Below are positions 35,598-44,123 of a stretch of DNA of 64,000 bases, piece by piece. The position numbers were made by a program, and so were the translations under genes. How positions within the stretch are numbered: the stretch's first letter is position 1; every line of letters begins with the position of its first letter. The stretch is taken from sequence record MN871447.1. One strand, written 5' to 3'. The notes under the pieces are model-generated. The model was not told where the DNA came from. It saw only the letters and a program-made list of their open reading frames with translations, and ran no database searches.

Positions 35598-36471
35598 TAG
35601 TTGGGAGAGGAATGATTACATCCCAATTTAAATCGGGTCGTACGGCAATGAACGCACTACGGCGTTTCTGTAGCTCTACTTTTAAAAGATCGTCATCTTT
35701 AAAAAGGTATCCCTTCTCTAAGAGATCAAAGACTTCTATTTCACCTACGCCGAATTCATCGACCAAAGCCCAGAATACCTCATAGCCTTTTACAGATAAC
35801 CATCCGCCCGCTGACCCGCCATGTTCCTCCCAATCTAAATCACCGAGCTGATAAGCCACCCAAAAATACACCGGCTGAGGTAATCTCGCCCAGATCTCCC
35901 CTTGTTTTTCATAAAAGTCTATTGTATCCGTTTTAGTAGGGGGGACAACACGTTTACGCAAAGCGAGATGGGTCATGAATTTGAATAAGAACCACTTACT
36001 ATTACGTTTAGCGGCGTCTGGGATACTGAGAGTCGGGGTGAAATCCCCGGGGACTTCGTCGTCGCCGTCCGGACAGATCTCAATATGTTTTTCGACAAAA
36101 AGTATCGTGAGTTTACCCAATTTTGTTAAGCTCCCTTCGGGGGTAATAATACCCTGACGAATCGCTGTTTCCGTGAAAAACTCCACGCCACCAGGGTACC
36201 CCATGTAATCCATTTTTGTCCCTGACACAACAGCATTAATCTGAGCTAACCAAAATACCTGTGCCTCGAAAGGCATACCACAGCCGCAAAAGCCGAGAAC
36301 GTCGTAAAGGAAATACTGTTTAGCATCGTCTAAAACTGTTTCCACTCCGTTAAGAATAATGGGGGAATTATCTCCCCAATCCTCTTTTAGTTCGAAAGTT
36401 GGCGTTTCCAGCAATGGAATAATTGGATTTTTGCCACGGATATTGCCATATTTAATTTCAATACTTTCCAT
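35554..36471 (-). CDS. Hypothetical phage protein with CGCG motif
   Basis: FCGCGMP...GIITPEGSLTKLG and EEHGGSAGGWLSVKG blocks. Confidence 0.65.
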   Translation of the reverse strand: MESIEIKYGNIRGKNPIIPLLETPTFELKEDWGDNSPIILNGVETVLDDAKQYFLYDVLGFCGCGMPFEAQVFWLAQINAVVSGTKMDYMGYPGGVEFFTETAIRQGIITPEGSLTKLGKLTILFVEKHIEICPDGDDEVPGDFTPTLSIPDAAKRNSKWFLFKFMTHLALRKRVVPPTKTDTIDFYEKQGEIWARLPQPVYFWVAYQLGDLDWEEHGGSAGGWLSVKGYEVFWALVDEFGVGEIEVFDLLEKGYLFKDDDLLKVELQKRRSAFIAVRPDLNWDVIIPLPTIDVRTAIQQSFGGE

Positions 36472-36480
36472 CTTTTTTCC

Positions 36481-36837
36481 TCAGTGCAGTTTTCTTTTAT
36501 CTTCTTCGGTCAACCTATACCGCATCTTGATAGGTGGGTCATTATTGAATAAGGCGTCTAGCGTCACCGTTGTTTCGTCTTTATCCGTGACCCGAACCCA
36601 TGTGAAAATATATTCCGAATCAGACTCGTTGATATATTTTAACACTCGCGCCATAAAGGGCATTTCAAGGTCTTCGTCACAAAACATCGGATTGATGTAA
36701 ACTCCTATCGAAAGAGGGTCCTTTAAACGGGATAACAGGTAAACTTTCCCTATTTCCATTCCGGACGGACCGCCTTCCACGGGGTAAAAGTTGACATCGC
36801 CAACGTTGGATTTTAACACCATAATTGCTTCGCGCAT
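36481..36837 (-). CDS. Hypothetical protein
   Basis: 118-aa ORF with GGAGG RBS. Confidence 0.65.
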   Translation of the reverse strand: MREAIMVLKSNVGDVNFYPVEGGPSGMEIGKVYLLSRLKDPLSIGVYINPMFCDEDLEMPFMARVLKYINESDSEYIFTWVRVTDKDETTVTLDALFNNDPPIKMRYRLTEEDKRKLH

Positions 36838-36884
36838 AAATTAAACCCTCCTTTCATTCAGAGCAATTGACGAGAAAATAAAAA

Positions 36885-36906
36885 AGGAGAGGCAAAAGCC
36901 TCTCCT
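36885..36906 (-). terminator. Intrinsic terminator
   Basis: 9-bp stem AGGAGAGGC/GCCTCTCCT followed by TTTTTATTTT. Confidence 0.85.
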
Positions 36907-36911
36907 CTCAT

Positions 36912-37199
36912 TTAATGTCTTTTTTGCCGTATCCAAAGATTCTTAGTTGGAATCCAGATAGCAACAATTTCCCCATGAACATGTTTAACGCGCGCCCCTT
37001 CTGGCCATCTGGGAATTACTTTTGTAATCTCTTCAACTTCATGATACCAAAGACGATCAGGCAAAGTAAAAGCCAAAACACGCAAGTAACCGTACTTCAT
37101 GGAACTTTCTTTACCGTCTATGACCATTTCGATCCACTTCCCGGAATGTTCATAACTTTCAAGAATTCCTATTTTTTCTACGGAATCAGAATCGCTCAT
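36912..37199 (-). CDS. Hypothetical protein
   Basis: 95-aa ORF with GAGG RBS. Confidence 0.6.
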   Translation of the reverse strand: MSDSDSVEKIGILESYEHSGKWIEMVIDGKESSMKYGYLRVLAFTLPDRLWYHEVEEITKVIPRWPEGARVKHVHGEIVAIWIPTKNLWIRQKRH

Positions 37200-37211
37200 T
37201 TACACCTCTGG

Positions 37212-37652
37212 CTATTTTTCAGGCGGTAGGCCGTTATTAAAACGGTTCGCTTCCATCACCGGGAGATTCGCTTCTGTCGGGACGTAAATCACTTGGTTCT
37301 TAGTTTGCTGTAAGCTATCTACCCAAAGGTAACGGAGATACGCTTCGTTGTTCTTCAAGCTGTCACCAATGATCTTGTTCGCCTTGGCGACACCGCCTGC
37401 ACGAATAACCTCTGCCTCCGCCAAACTTTTAGCGGACTCTTTCTTAGCCTCTGCTTCCTGTACGGCGATCTGACGATCCTGCGTGGCTTTCATCAGAGCG
37501 GCTTTCCCCGCCATCCCCTGCTGCCAAACATTGTAGTACGGGCACCCCGCCATCAGCAGCACTATAAACGCAACAATGCCGATGGCCGCCCATTTACCCA
37601 CCTTCTTTAATAACGACTTTACGTCGAAATCATTATCAGCGTAACGATTCAT
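37212..37652 (-). CDS. Membrane protein with SPFH/band-7-like coiled-coil C-terminus
   Basis: TM, then AEAEVIRAGGVAKANKIIGDSL...YLRYLW...QVIYVPTEANLP. Confidence 0.7.
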   Translation of the reverse strand: MNRYADNDFDVKSLLKKVGKWAAIGIVAFIVLLMAGCPYYNVWQQGMAGKAALMKATQDRQIAVQEAEAKKESAKSLAEAEVIRAGGVAKANKIIGDSLKNNEAYLRYLWVDSLQQTKNQVIYVPTEANLPVMEANRFNNGLPPEK

Positions 37653-37682
37653 TTCTATTTCCTATTTTTTAAACCAGTAAAC

Positions 37683-38372
37683 TTATTTGTTGGTTTTGGT
37701 GATATACCACTTCCAAAGGCCGTAGAAAGCATTCATCAAGAATACTGCCCACTGTGCCACCTGCGCCCATGAACCCGGTTGATTAAGCGCCGGGATCACC
37801 CACAGATAAATCGTGACACAGTTGATAATGATCCAGAGAATCCATTGCTCTGGCTGCTGTTTAATCATCATCCACATGGCGATGAGTGATGCGACTAAGC
37901 AGAATGCGTCTAATGCAGGAAACGGATCCTGCGTCGTTTTCAAGTATTCGGTCAGGCCATACCAGAAGATAACCCCGACAACCAGATAAGTTATCACGTC
38001 ACGTAAAGTGATCGTTTTAACCGCTACGTCAGCTTTGGCTGGAGTTTTGCCCAGGTCTTTCGTCCAGTAATAAATACCGATAAACTGCATGGGAAGGTAA
38101 ATAGCGTTCAACGCCGCATTGGCATAAAGGCCGGTATTGTACGAAACAATACCGTAGGTAATTACGCCAATCGTCCCCCAGTAATAATTAGAGACGCGAC
38201 CCTTCGCCACCAGAATCACGCAGACGACGTTAGTCAGCGCTGCCGTGAATTCTAACGGACTGGCTTGCCAGCTCCCTAATCCGACGACGATTAACGCTAC
38301 GATCAGCCAAAAGTATTCGACTTTCTTCCAGTGCGCAAAGTCAGTGAAAGTTTTCATTACCAATGAGTTCAT
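37683..38372 (-). CDS. pnuC: Nicotinamide riboside transporter PnuC
   Basis: Multi-TM; VILVAKGRVSNYYWG, LYANAALNAIYLPMQFIGIYYW, FPALDA, EQWILWIIIN. Confidence 0.9.
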   Translation of the reverse strand: MNSLVMKTFTDFAHWKKVEYFWLIVALIVVGLGSWQASPLEFTAALTNVVCVILVAKGRVSNYYWGTIGVITYGIVSYNTGLYANAALNAIYLPMQFIGIYYWTKDLGKTPAKADVAVKTITLRDVITYLVVGVIFWYGLTEYLKTTQDPFPALDAFCLVASLIAMWMMIKQQPEQWILWIIINCVTIYLWVIPALNQPGSWAQVAQWAVFLMNAFYGLWKWYITKTNK

Positions 38373-38512
38373 CTATTAAATCCTTCGAGAAAAGTTGAGA
38401 TGTAACTTGCGGATCTCAGATTAAGTTTGTCGCCAAATACAGCGTGGTAAAAGCGATAGTTATCGCCTAACATCCGCTTTATTTTGCGTTGCGTACGCCG
38501 TTGTTGAGTCAT
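38369..38512 (-). CDS. 47-aa basic small protein between nadR and pnuC (not in ORF track)
   Basis: MTQQRRTQRKIKRMLGDNYRFYHAVFGDKLNLRSASYISTFLEGFNR*; its TGA overlaps the pnuC ATG. Confidence 0.55.
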   Translation of the reverse strand: MTQQRRTQRKIKRMLGDNYRFYHAVFGDKLNLRSASYISTFLEGFNR

Positions 38513-38516
38513 GAAA

Positions 38517-39728
38517 TCATCCACCCCAATCAGCGGGGTTCTGATGAGAACCAGCCTCGATGCTTTCTACCATACTCCAATCTTTATCAAAGTTACCACC
38601 GCTGGCAGCAGGAGGGAACTTATTTGGAATTTCTGGAGCGCTCTGGCCGGCAGTGCCGTTACCGGATAACAAGTTATCAACCGCTTCACGTGATTGATCT
38701 AAACGACCTTTGTAAGAGTCCCCTTTAATGAATACAGTGCGCCCCCATGGTGTTTGGTTTTTAAATTCCCAAAGCATTTGTTGGAAGAGACTCTCTGTTT
38801 TCTCGCGGTCAGGATTCAGCCGCAGACCATCATCGACCCATGGTACTTCCGGCGAAAGAATCAACACGAGATCGTAATGCTCTTCAGCCGCGATAGCAGA
38901 AACAATAGGGTTAGGTTTACCCTCGTACAGCCGATGGTAATATTCCGTAATGAAGGCGTTCGTATCGATGAAACAGAGTCGATTAGAAGTACGTAATGCT
39001 TCCTCCTCCAGCTCTTTGTGACGATACGCAATCAACGGGTAGTCAGAACTACGGAGAGTCGCTTCCGAACCAGCTAAGACCGTTTCACAGTACGTACGAC
39101 CGTACTCTTCAACCCAGCTGGTATTGTAGAGTTTGGCGAGGTTCTTGACGAGGGAACTTTTCCCAGAACTCTCAACACCTAATACGACCACCCGCAAACA
39201 ATAATCTTTACGAACAATACTCGGGAGATATTCCCAATGGTCGTAAAGGTTTTCACGGATCATGGTCGCAGAGATGGGGACGCGGGTACGATTGCTGTCA
39301 ACGATAACGTGTTCTACAAAACCAAGGTGCGTTTTGTATTTTTCATCGTAATCCAGCTCGCTACTGAAAATAGCAATGCTCTGCGCCTGACTGTGGTTAG
39401 CTGCCAATCTACCCGCCTCGTTGAAAATCTTAGCGCCGAGCAGAGCAGCATATTCTTTCCAACCGTTAGGGTATTCCGGTACAGAAGCCTCGTCAATGAA
39501 ATCGATCGTGACGTGTTCTGTATCCGCGTAAGTTTGTTGCAGCCAGCGCAGACGATTTTTGAAGTTGAGTACCTTTTGGTCTCGTGGCGATTGTTTATCC
39601 AGCCAACGTTGGTCGTGGGAAAGAATGACGAGGACATGCTTAGACTGCACAGCAGCCTCTGTGATTAAGTTGATGTGCCCCAACGTAAGGGGCGCGAATT
39701 TACCGATTACTACGCCTAAGTCAAACAT
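38517..39728 (-). CDS. nadR: NadR-type NMN adenylyltransferase / ribosylnicotinamide kinase without HTH
   Basis: GKFAPLTLGH, VPISATMIR, WEYLPSIVR, GVESSGKS, EEYGRTY, FIDTN, VPWVDDGLR. Confidence 0.92.
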   Translation of the reverse strand: MFDLGVVIGKFAPLTLGHINLITEAAVQSKHVLVILSHDQRWLDKQSPRDQKVLNFKNRLRWLQQTYADTEHVTIDFIDEASVPEYPNGWKEYAALLGAKIFNEAGRLAANHSQAQSIAIFSSELDYDEKYKTHLGFVEHVIVDSNRTRVPISATMIRENLYDHWEYLPSIVRKDYCLRVVVLGVESSGKSSLVKNLAKLYNTSWVEEYGRTYCETVLAGSEATLRSSDYPLIAYRHKELEEEALRTSNRLCFIDTNAFITEYYHRLYEGKPNPIVSAIAAEEHYDLVLILSPEVPWVDDGLRLNPDREKTESLFQQMLWEFKNQTPWGRTVFIKGDSYKGRLDQSREAVDNLLSGNGTAGQSAPEIPNKFPPAASGGNFDKDWSMVESIEAGSHQNPADWGG

Positions 39729-39746
39729 CTGATATACCCTTCCTTA

Positions 39747-40061
39747 TTAGCCTACGAAATGGTGATAAAGACGATGCAAGTCCCAGCCCTTATGATTCAT
39801 CGCATTGAATCCCTGCTCATTCTTGACCACCACCTTGACGGCGTAGTCTTCCATCAGAAGGAAATCCCGCCCTGACTTAGAATGAATATCGCCATCGTAG
39901 ACCGGACCATCTACAATCAGCTGGTTCATGGTACCGATAACATGGCCAACGTCGTTCCGCTCGAGTAACATCGTCACGGTTTTCTCTAACTCGGCAGCGT
40001 ACGCCATATCTGCTTCTTCATCGGCATCTAAACCACAAATTTCAATAATCTGATTCAACAT
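39747..40061 (-). CDS. Conserved hypothetical phage protein
   Basis: GPVYDGDIHSKSGRDFL motif. Confidence 0.65.
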   Translation of the reverse strand: MLNQIIEICGLDADEEADMAYAAELEKTVTMLLERNDVGHVIGTMNQLIVDGPVYDGDIHSKSGRDFLLMEDYAVKVVVKNEQGFNAMNHKGWDLHRLYHHFVG

Positions 40062-40074
40062 GTTTTAGTTTCCT

Positions 40075-40467
40075 TTATTCGGTCCAGGGACAGAAAGTCC
40101 ATGTACGGACTTTGTATTTACGGTTATCAAAACGACGGCTACGGATATAAACCTCTACAGTTAAACTCGTTGCCGTTGGGGTGAGAAAAACAACCAGGTG
40201 TGCGGGTTCGTACTGGTACACCTCCGCTAAAGAAACAAACGCCGAGAACGGCAGACTTTTCTTTTCAGCGGAACGGAGATTCCGATAGAGCAGTTTCACT
40301 GCGCGTTTAGCGAACACCTGGTCGTGGTAACTGGCGTGACGGAGACTTTTCCGATTAGCGTTTAACTTCATCAGAAACAAACGCTTCTCCGCCCATGGGA
40401 GGTAATAGCTCAAACTGATCCCTGCCCCAGAAAACAATATTGCTGATAGTGTTTTCATTAACGCCAT
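40075..40467 (-). CDS. Hypothetical protein, N-terminal hydrophobic segment
   Basis: 130-aa ORF with GGAG RBS. Confidence 0.6.
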   Translation of the reverse strand: MALMKTLSAILFSGAGISLSYYLPWAEKRLFLMKLNANRKSLRHASYHDQVFAKRAVKLLYRNLRSAEKKSLPFSAFVSLAEVYQYEPAHLVVFLTPTATSLTVEVYIRSRRFDNRKYKVRTWTFCPWTE

Positions 40468-40480
40468 TAATTTTCTTCTC

Positions 40481-40723
40481 CTATCGTATATCGTTGTTGT
40501 CTTTCTTGAACGGGTTATAGATGTTCAAGTACCAAACCAACCCGACGAATATTCCGATGCAGATAAAAGGCCATGCAATACCAATTGTCAAAACCTTCCA
40601 GATCTCCATACGGAGGACGACGCGGCGATACTTGGGGTTAACAATTGGTTTCCAAACAATCATCAGAAACACAACCGCCCAGAGCGCCCCGCCGGCAGAT
40701 ATCAACATTCCCGCTGTACTCAT
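40481..40723 (-). CDS. Small two-TM membrane protein
   Basis: Two hydrophobic helices. Confidence 0.65.
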   Translation of the reverse strand: MSTAGMLISAGGALWAVVFLMIVWKPIVNPKYRRVVLRMEIWKVLTIGIAWPFICIGIFVGLVWYLNIYNPFKKDNNDIR

Positions 40724-41034
40724 GACTTCACACCTACCGTTAAAAGGAGGGTTCGCAGGTAATCCGCATCCGGGTTGAGTACAACACTGAACCGACTGTT
40801 GTCGTGAATCAGAATCAAATCACCGGGATAAAGAACTGCGGTGTGATTTCCGTCGTACACGAAATTCAAGGTCGCGTAATCTAACGCGTCTTGTTCAGGA
40901 AGCCGTGGCGTGACTGGTGGTTCATTCAGGATATCAGCGGCGGGGTCGCCTGCCAGGATACGTAAGAACCCGTTGTACTCAGTCGGAACAATAGGGAGTT
41001 CCACATATTTCAGTTCAATCACGTGTGTTAACAT
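40720..41034 (-). CDS. Hypothetical protein
   Basis: 104-aa ORF with GAGG RBS. Confidence 0.6.
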   Translation of the reverse strand: MLTHVIELKYVELPIVPTEYNGFLRILAGDPAADILNEPPVTPRLPEQDALDYATLNFVYDGNHTAVLYPGDLILIHDNSRFSVVLNPDADYLRTLLLTVGVKS

Positions 41035-41051
41035 GATTCACCTCTTTATCG

Positions 41052-41546
41052 TTAGTTATTAAAGGATCGAAAGAATTCGTTGCCGTGCTTAACCCCGTCG
41101 AGAATGTCGTTACAGAGCTTTGGTATTTGTCTGATAACTAGGATATCCATAATCTTGAAATCGGCACAGTGGATAGCCCGGAGTTTTTCATAAGCGAGAT
41201 CACCTTTAAGTGAACGCGTAATGCCGAGGAGATCACAGGTGTTTGTAACAGGGCAAAGAGAAAACCAACCTTGCTTTGCGTAGGTGTCAAAGTCCATGAT
41301 TAGTTTTCTTAGGCCGATTTCTTTAAACGGGTCATTGCCCGCCGAGGGCCAGTTGATGGCCCTGGTTAACGGGTGAAGCGAGTTTAACCAGAGAACGAAA
41401 GGGTCCGACTCTTCATAGGTCGCGTTTCCGGGAGCAAGATTACTCAGCGCTGTTCCATTACCGATGCCGCTAAATTGTTTCTGATTTTCCATCGTTACCT
41501 TATCCACACCTGTCGCAAAGACTTTACCAAAAAATTTAATAAGCAT
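41052..41546 (-). CDS. Conserved hypothetical phage protein
   Basis: WFSLCPV...AYEKLRAIHCADF pattern. Confidence 0.65.
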   Translation of the reverse strand: MLIKFFGKVFATGVDKVTMENQKQFSGIGNGTALSNLAPGNATYEESDPFVLWLNSLHPLTRAINWPSAGNDPFKEIGLRKLIMDFDTYAKQGWFSLCPVTNTCDLLGITRSLKGDLAYEKLRAIHCADFKIMDILVIRQIPKLCNDILDGVKHGNEFFRSFNN

Positions 41547-41806
41547 TAGAGCCCCTCGGTTGAGAACATTTTTAACCCGTGCCGATAATGAACGCGGTTT
41601 TTCAATAGATGGCCCATCTCAGCACATTTTTTCAGCCTGGTCGCAAGTAACGTTTTCCCCATCCGGCGTGGCGCTGAAATTGTGAGATTACTGTCTAAAT
41701 CATCAAAATAGGGTTTGGATACTTTAATGAGGAAAATATGGTTAGCGGTAACGGAACTTCTTTTCAGTTTCCCTCTCTGTATTTTCAAACATTTTTTCAA
41801 GGCCAT
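41546..41806 (-). CDS. Short protein with isolated Walker A-like motif
   Basis: ISAPRRMGKT; no Walker B before stop; GGAG RBS. Confidence 0.5.
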   Translation of the reverse strand: MALKKCLKIQRGKLKRSSVTANHIFLIKVSKPYFDDLDSNLTISAPRRMGKTLLATRLKKCAEMGHLLKNRVHYRHGLKMFSTEGL

Positions 41807-41815
41807 AGCGTCTCC

Positions 41816-41941
41816 TTATTCTAGTGAATCATAGAGCTTCTTACCAATAGCAAACAGTACCTTAAGTATCGCACCGGAGATGTACCAAGCACCACCGTAA
41901 CAGAAGATTACGAAGATAACGATTTTCCATTCTACTGGCAT
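41816..41941 (-). CDS. 41-aa single-TM small protein (not in ORF track)
   Basis: MPVEWKIVIFVIFCYGGAWYISGAILKVLFAIGKKLYDSLE*; GGAGGT RBS. Confidence 0.65.
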   Translation of the reverse strand: MPVEWKIVIFVIFCYGGAWYISGAILKVLFAIGKKLYDSLE

Positions 41942-41970
41942 AGTACACCTCCGGTATTTAAGAAATAATA

Positions 41971-42000
41971 ACTGAGAGAGGGCATTATCCCTCTCTCAGT
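41971..42000 (-). terminator. Intrinsic terminator
   Basis: 12-bp stem ACTGAGAGAGGG/CCCTCTCTCAGT followed by TATTATTT. Confidence 0.8.
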
Positions 42001-42003
42001 CGG

Positions 42004-42630
42004 TCAATATAAGTTTTCGGAATAAAGTTCGTTGTTAATAATGATAACGTTGGGACGTGTGGCGTTAATTTGTCCGGCGTGTTTCGCAATGACAAACGCG
42101 TCTTCTCGATTCCAATAACGATCCCATTGATCGATAAACCCTTGTCCGCTACCGTGCGGGAAATTGACAGGTTCTTCACCTGCCTTTGCTCGGAGGCGTT
42201 TGATCTCATCGCCGAGGATATGCTGTAGAAGCGAACCGTGGCGCGAAGAAGGAATGACCAAAGGCTCTTCTTCTTTTAACCCCAGTGCTTCTCCGAGTCT
42301 TTCATTCGGTTTCACTGTTCCCCAGATATTTGCCGCTGAAACGATACGGACCTGAACAAAGATACCTGGTGACGGCTCGTGTACGCAAATAGCCGGGAGG
42401 GTTGCTCTTTGTTCTTCAGTGAGTACTTCGTCATCAGCGTAGCCTTCCTCTTTACGGAAATGAGATTCGGCTAATTGACACGACGCGAGGATATCCATGG
42501 CCAATTTGCGAGCAGAGTCGATATCAAACTCGTACTGCCCGCTCTTTAACTGAATAACCTTATCATCGCGAATGTCGTAATCGCGGATATCTACTCGACT
42601 GTAGTCACCTTCATGAATCATTTTAGTCAT
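42004..42630 (-). CDS. Conserved hypothetical phage protein
   Basis: RIVSAAN...SSRH...QGFIDQWDRYWNREDA...GQI...LYSENLY family pattern. Confidence 0.7.
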   Translation of the reverse strand: MTKMIHEGDYSRVDIRDYDIRDDKVIQLKSGQYEFDIDSARKLAMDILASCQLAESHFRKEEGYADDEVLTEEQRATLPAICVHEPSPGIFVQVRIVSAANIWGTVKPNERLGEALGLKEEEPLVIPSSRHGSLLQHILGDEIKRLRAKAGEEPVNFPHGSGQGFIDQWDRYWNREDAFVIAKHAGQINATRPNVIIINNELYSENLY

Positions 42631-42913
42631 TAAGATTCTTCCTCAAGGAAAGTTTCTGTCCCAGTTTGAGGGTGCGGATCGGAAGTTCGATTGACCCACA
42701 CGCATTGGCGATAATGGTTCCTGTCGGTGTTCCGACCACCGCAGTGAATTCATCGGGATGTTTCTCAATCAACCCGATGCTGGCGGAGAACAGATCTTCA
42801 TCGCGCGCGAGTAGATGTAAATCAGTTTCACTTACGATGTCGCCGATGTAAGGGTAATTTGGATTGCGGTCATAGGCGACAGTTGGAGACTGCTTGACTT
42901 TCTTTGCCGACAT
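42623..42913 (-). CDS. Hypothetical protein
   Basis: 96-aa ORF coupled to SspB stop. Confidence 0.6.
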   Translation of the reverse strand: MSAKKVKQSPTVAYDRNPNYPYIGDIVSETDLHLLARDEDLFSASIGLIEKHPDEFTAVVGTPTGTIIANACGSIELPIRTLKLGQKLSLRKNLND

Positions 42914-43341
42914 TATTCCTTCCCTCCGGAGATAACCGAAAATGGGTTTGGTTTCTTAGTTTCTTTTACCGGTTCAGCGAGTTCGTCAGAACGCCCGTCA
43001 GCAGTGATGAGTTTTTGCGGGAGTTGAATCATCTGTTCCGGGTTATCAGGGTTAAACATCTGAATGACGGACCCCCACGGGAAAGTGTCTGAGGCGAGTT
43101 TACCCCCGAAACGCCCTTCGAAGAACAACCCTTCGTCCAGTGAAGAAAGCTGACAGGAATGCGGAGAAACATTCAGTGTCAATACGTGATAACCCTGCAT
43201 GTTAGGTACCGGTTTGACATATTGACGAAGAATGGGATTCACGGTGATTTCGGTACCAAAGACCGTGATGTAAATACGACTGCCATTATCGATAAGCCAG
43301 CTATAACCTGCATCAAACAACGCTTTATTTAAAGAAGACAT
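42913..43341 (-). CDS. sspB: SspB-like ClpXP adaptor (stringent starvation protein B)
   Basis: AGYSWLIDNG, LTLNVSP, FFEGRFGG and FPWGSVIQMFNPDN align with E. coli SspB AFYEWLLDNQ, IVLNIAP, RFNARFGG and VPLAAVLAIYAREN; tail PNPFSVISGGKE resembles the ClpX-binding tail. Confidence 0.8.
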   Translation of the reverse strand: MSSLNKALFDAGYSWLIDNGSRIYITVFGTEITVNPILRQYVKPVPNMQGYHVLTLNVSPHSCQLSSLDEGLFFEGRFGGKLASDTFPWGSVIQMFNPDNPEQMIQLPQKLITADGRSDELAEPVKETKKPNPFSVISGGKE

Positions 43342-43371
43342 GTGTTACTCCCGATTGTTATTTAATTACCT

Positions 43372-43866
43372 TCACTCAGGTGATATAGATTTTAAAAGCC
43401 GTCGAGTTTCTTCCCAAAACTCCACTAACCATTCTCCGCTTTTAGGCGTAACAACTTTAACGTCGTCTTCCCAGACACGCGCCCCTTTCTCCATTCGCCA
43501 ATTACCGAAAACGTAGTAATGGGTAAAAGGTAGGGTTGAATTGACCAGCGCTTGGTATTGGTGTTTGTAAGTATTCAATTTCGCCAGATTAGCAGCTTTG
43601 ATAATCGAGAGGAAATCGGGATGATGAACCACTTCCAGTTTCTTCCCAAATGCTTTCGCCTCGTTACCGTACAAGCCTCTGAGGTATTGGTGTTTAAAAC
43701 CGGTTTTTGCGTAATACCAAAACCCTTCCATACTTTCAAAGTTTCCGTACTCAGGGTGAATGAAAGGTGTCTTTGGAAAGTGAGAGAGAAAGAACCCGAG
43801 ACGGTTCTTGGACTTAGAGTAAATGTTGATGTGGTCAATACCGTCATTGTTTGGGTTCAAAGTCAT
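43372..43866 (-). CDS. NADAR-superfamily protein (T4 gp30.3-like)
   Basis: DGIDHINIYSKS...LGFFLSHF..TPF...GNFESMEGFWYY...IIKAANLAKL. Confidence 0.7.
   Translation of the reverse strand: MTLNPNNDGIDHINIYSKSKNRLGFFLSHFPKTPFIHPEYGNFESMEGFWYYAKTGFKHQYLRGLYGNEAKAFGKKLEVVHHPDFLSIIKAANLAKLNTYKHQYQALVNSTLPFTHYYVFGNWRMEKGARVWEDDVKVVTPKSGEWLVEFWEETRRLLKSISPE
43373..43395 (-). promoter_or_regulatory. Putative phage early promoter, copy 7
   Basis: TTAAAATCTATATCACCTGAGTG; inside the 3' end of the NADAR gene, directly upstream of sspB. Confidence 0.75.
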
Positions 43867-44122
43867 CAGGTGCTACCTTCCTGTACGCGTAAGTTTTTCG
43901 GAGAATATGTTTTTTCATCGGGCCCCAATAATTATTTTTGATACGATAGATTAAATGAAGTTGTTTAATCGTATAGTTGAACCGTCTTTCCGCTGTATCG
44001 AGGAATAATAACACAGGGGTCATCAATTTACGGGCTTTAACGATTTTTCTTTTATTTGTCCATATGACTTTAATCAGAACTTGATTCAACAAGTTATTCA
44101 AATCGCTGTTATCTATCGCCAT
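43844..44122 (-). CDS. Basic hypothetical protein
   Basis: 92-aa ORF tiling with neighbours. Confidence 0.55.
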   Translation of the reverse strand: MAIDNSDLNNLLNQVLIKVIWTNKRKIVKARKLMTPVLLFLDTAERRFNYTIKQLHLIYRIKNNYWGPMKKHILRKTYAYRKVAPDDFEPKQ

Positions 44123-44123
44123 T

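Noticed and set aside
37697-37706. GTGATATAC inside pnuC as a promoter copy
   Set aside because: Coding position, core mismatch and flanks do not fit the consensus
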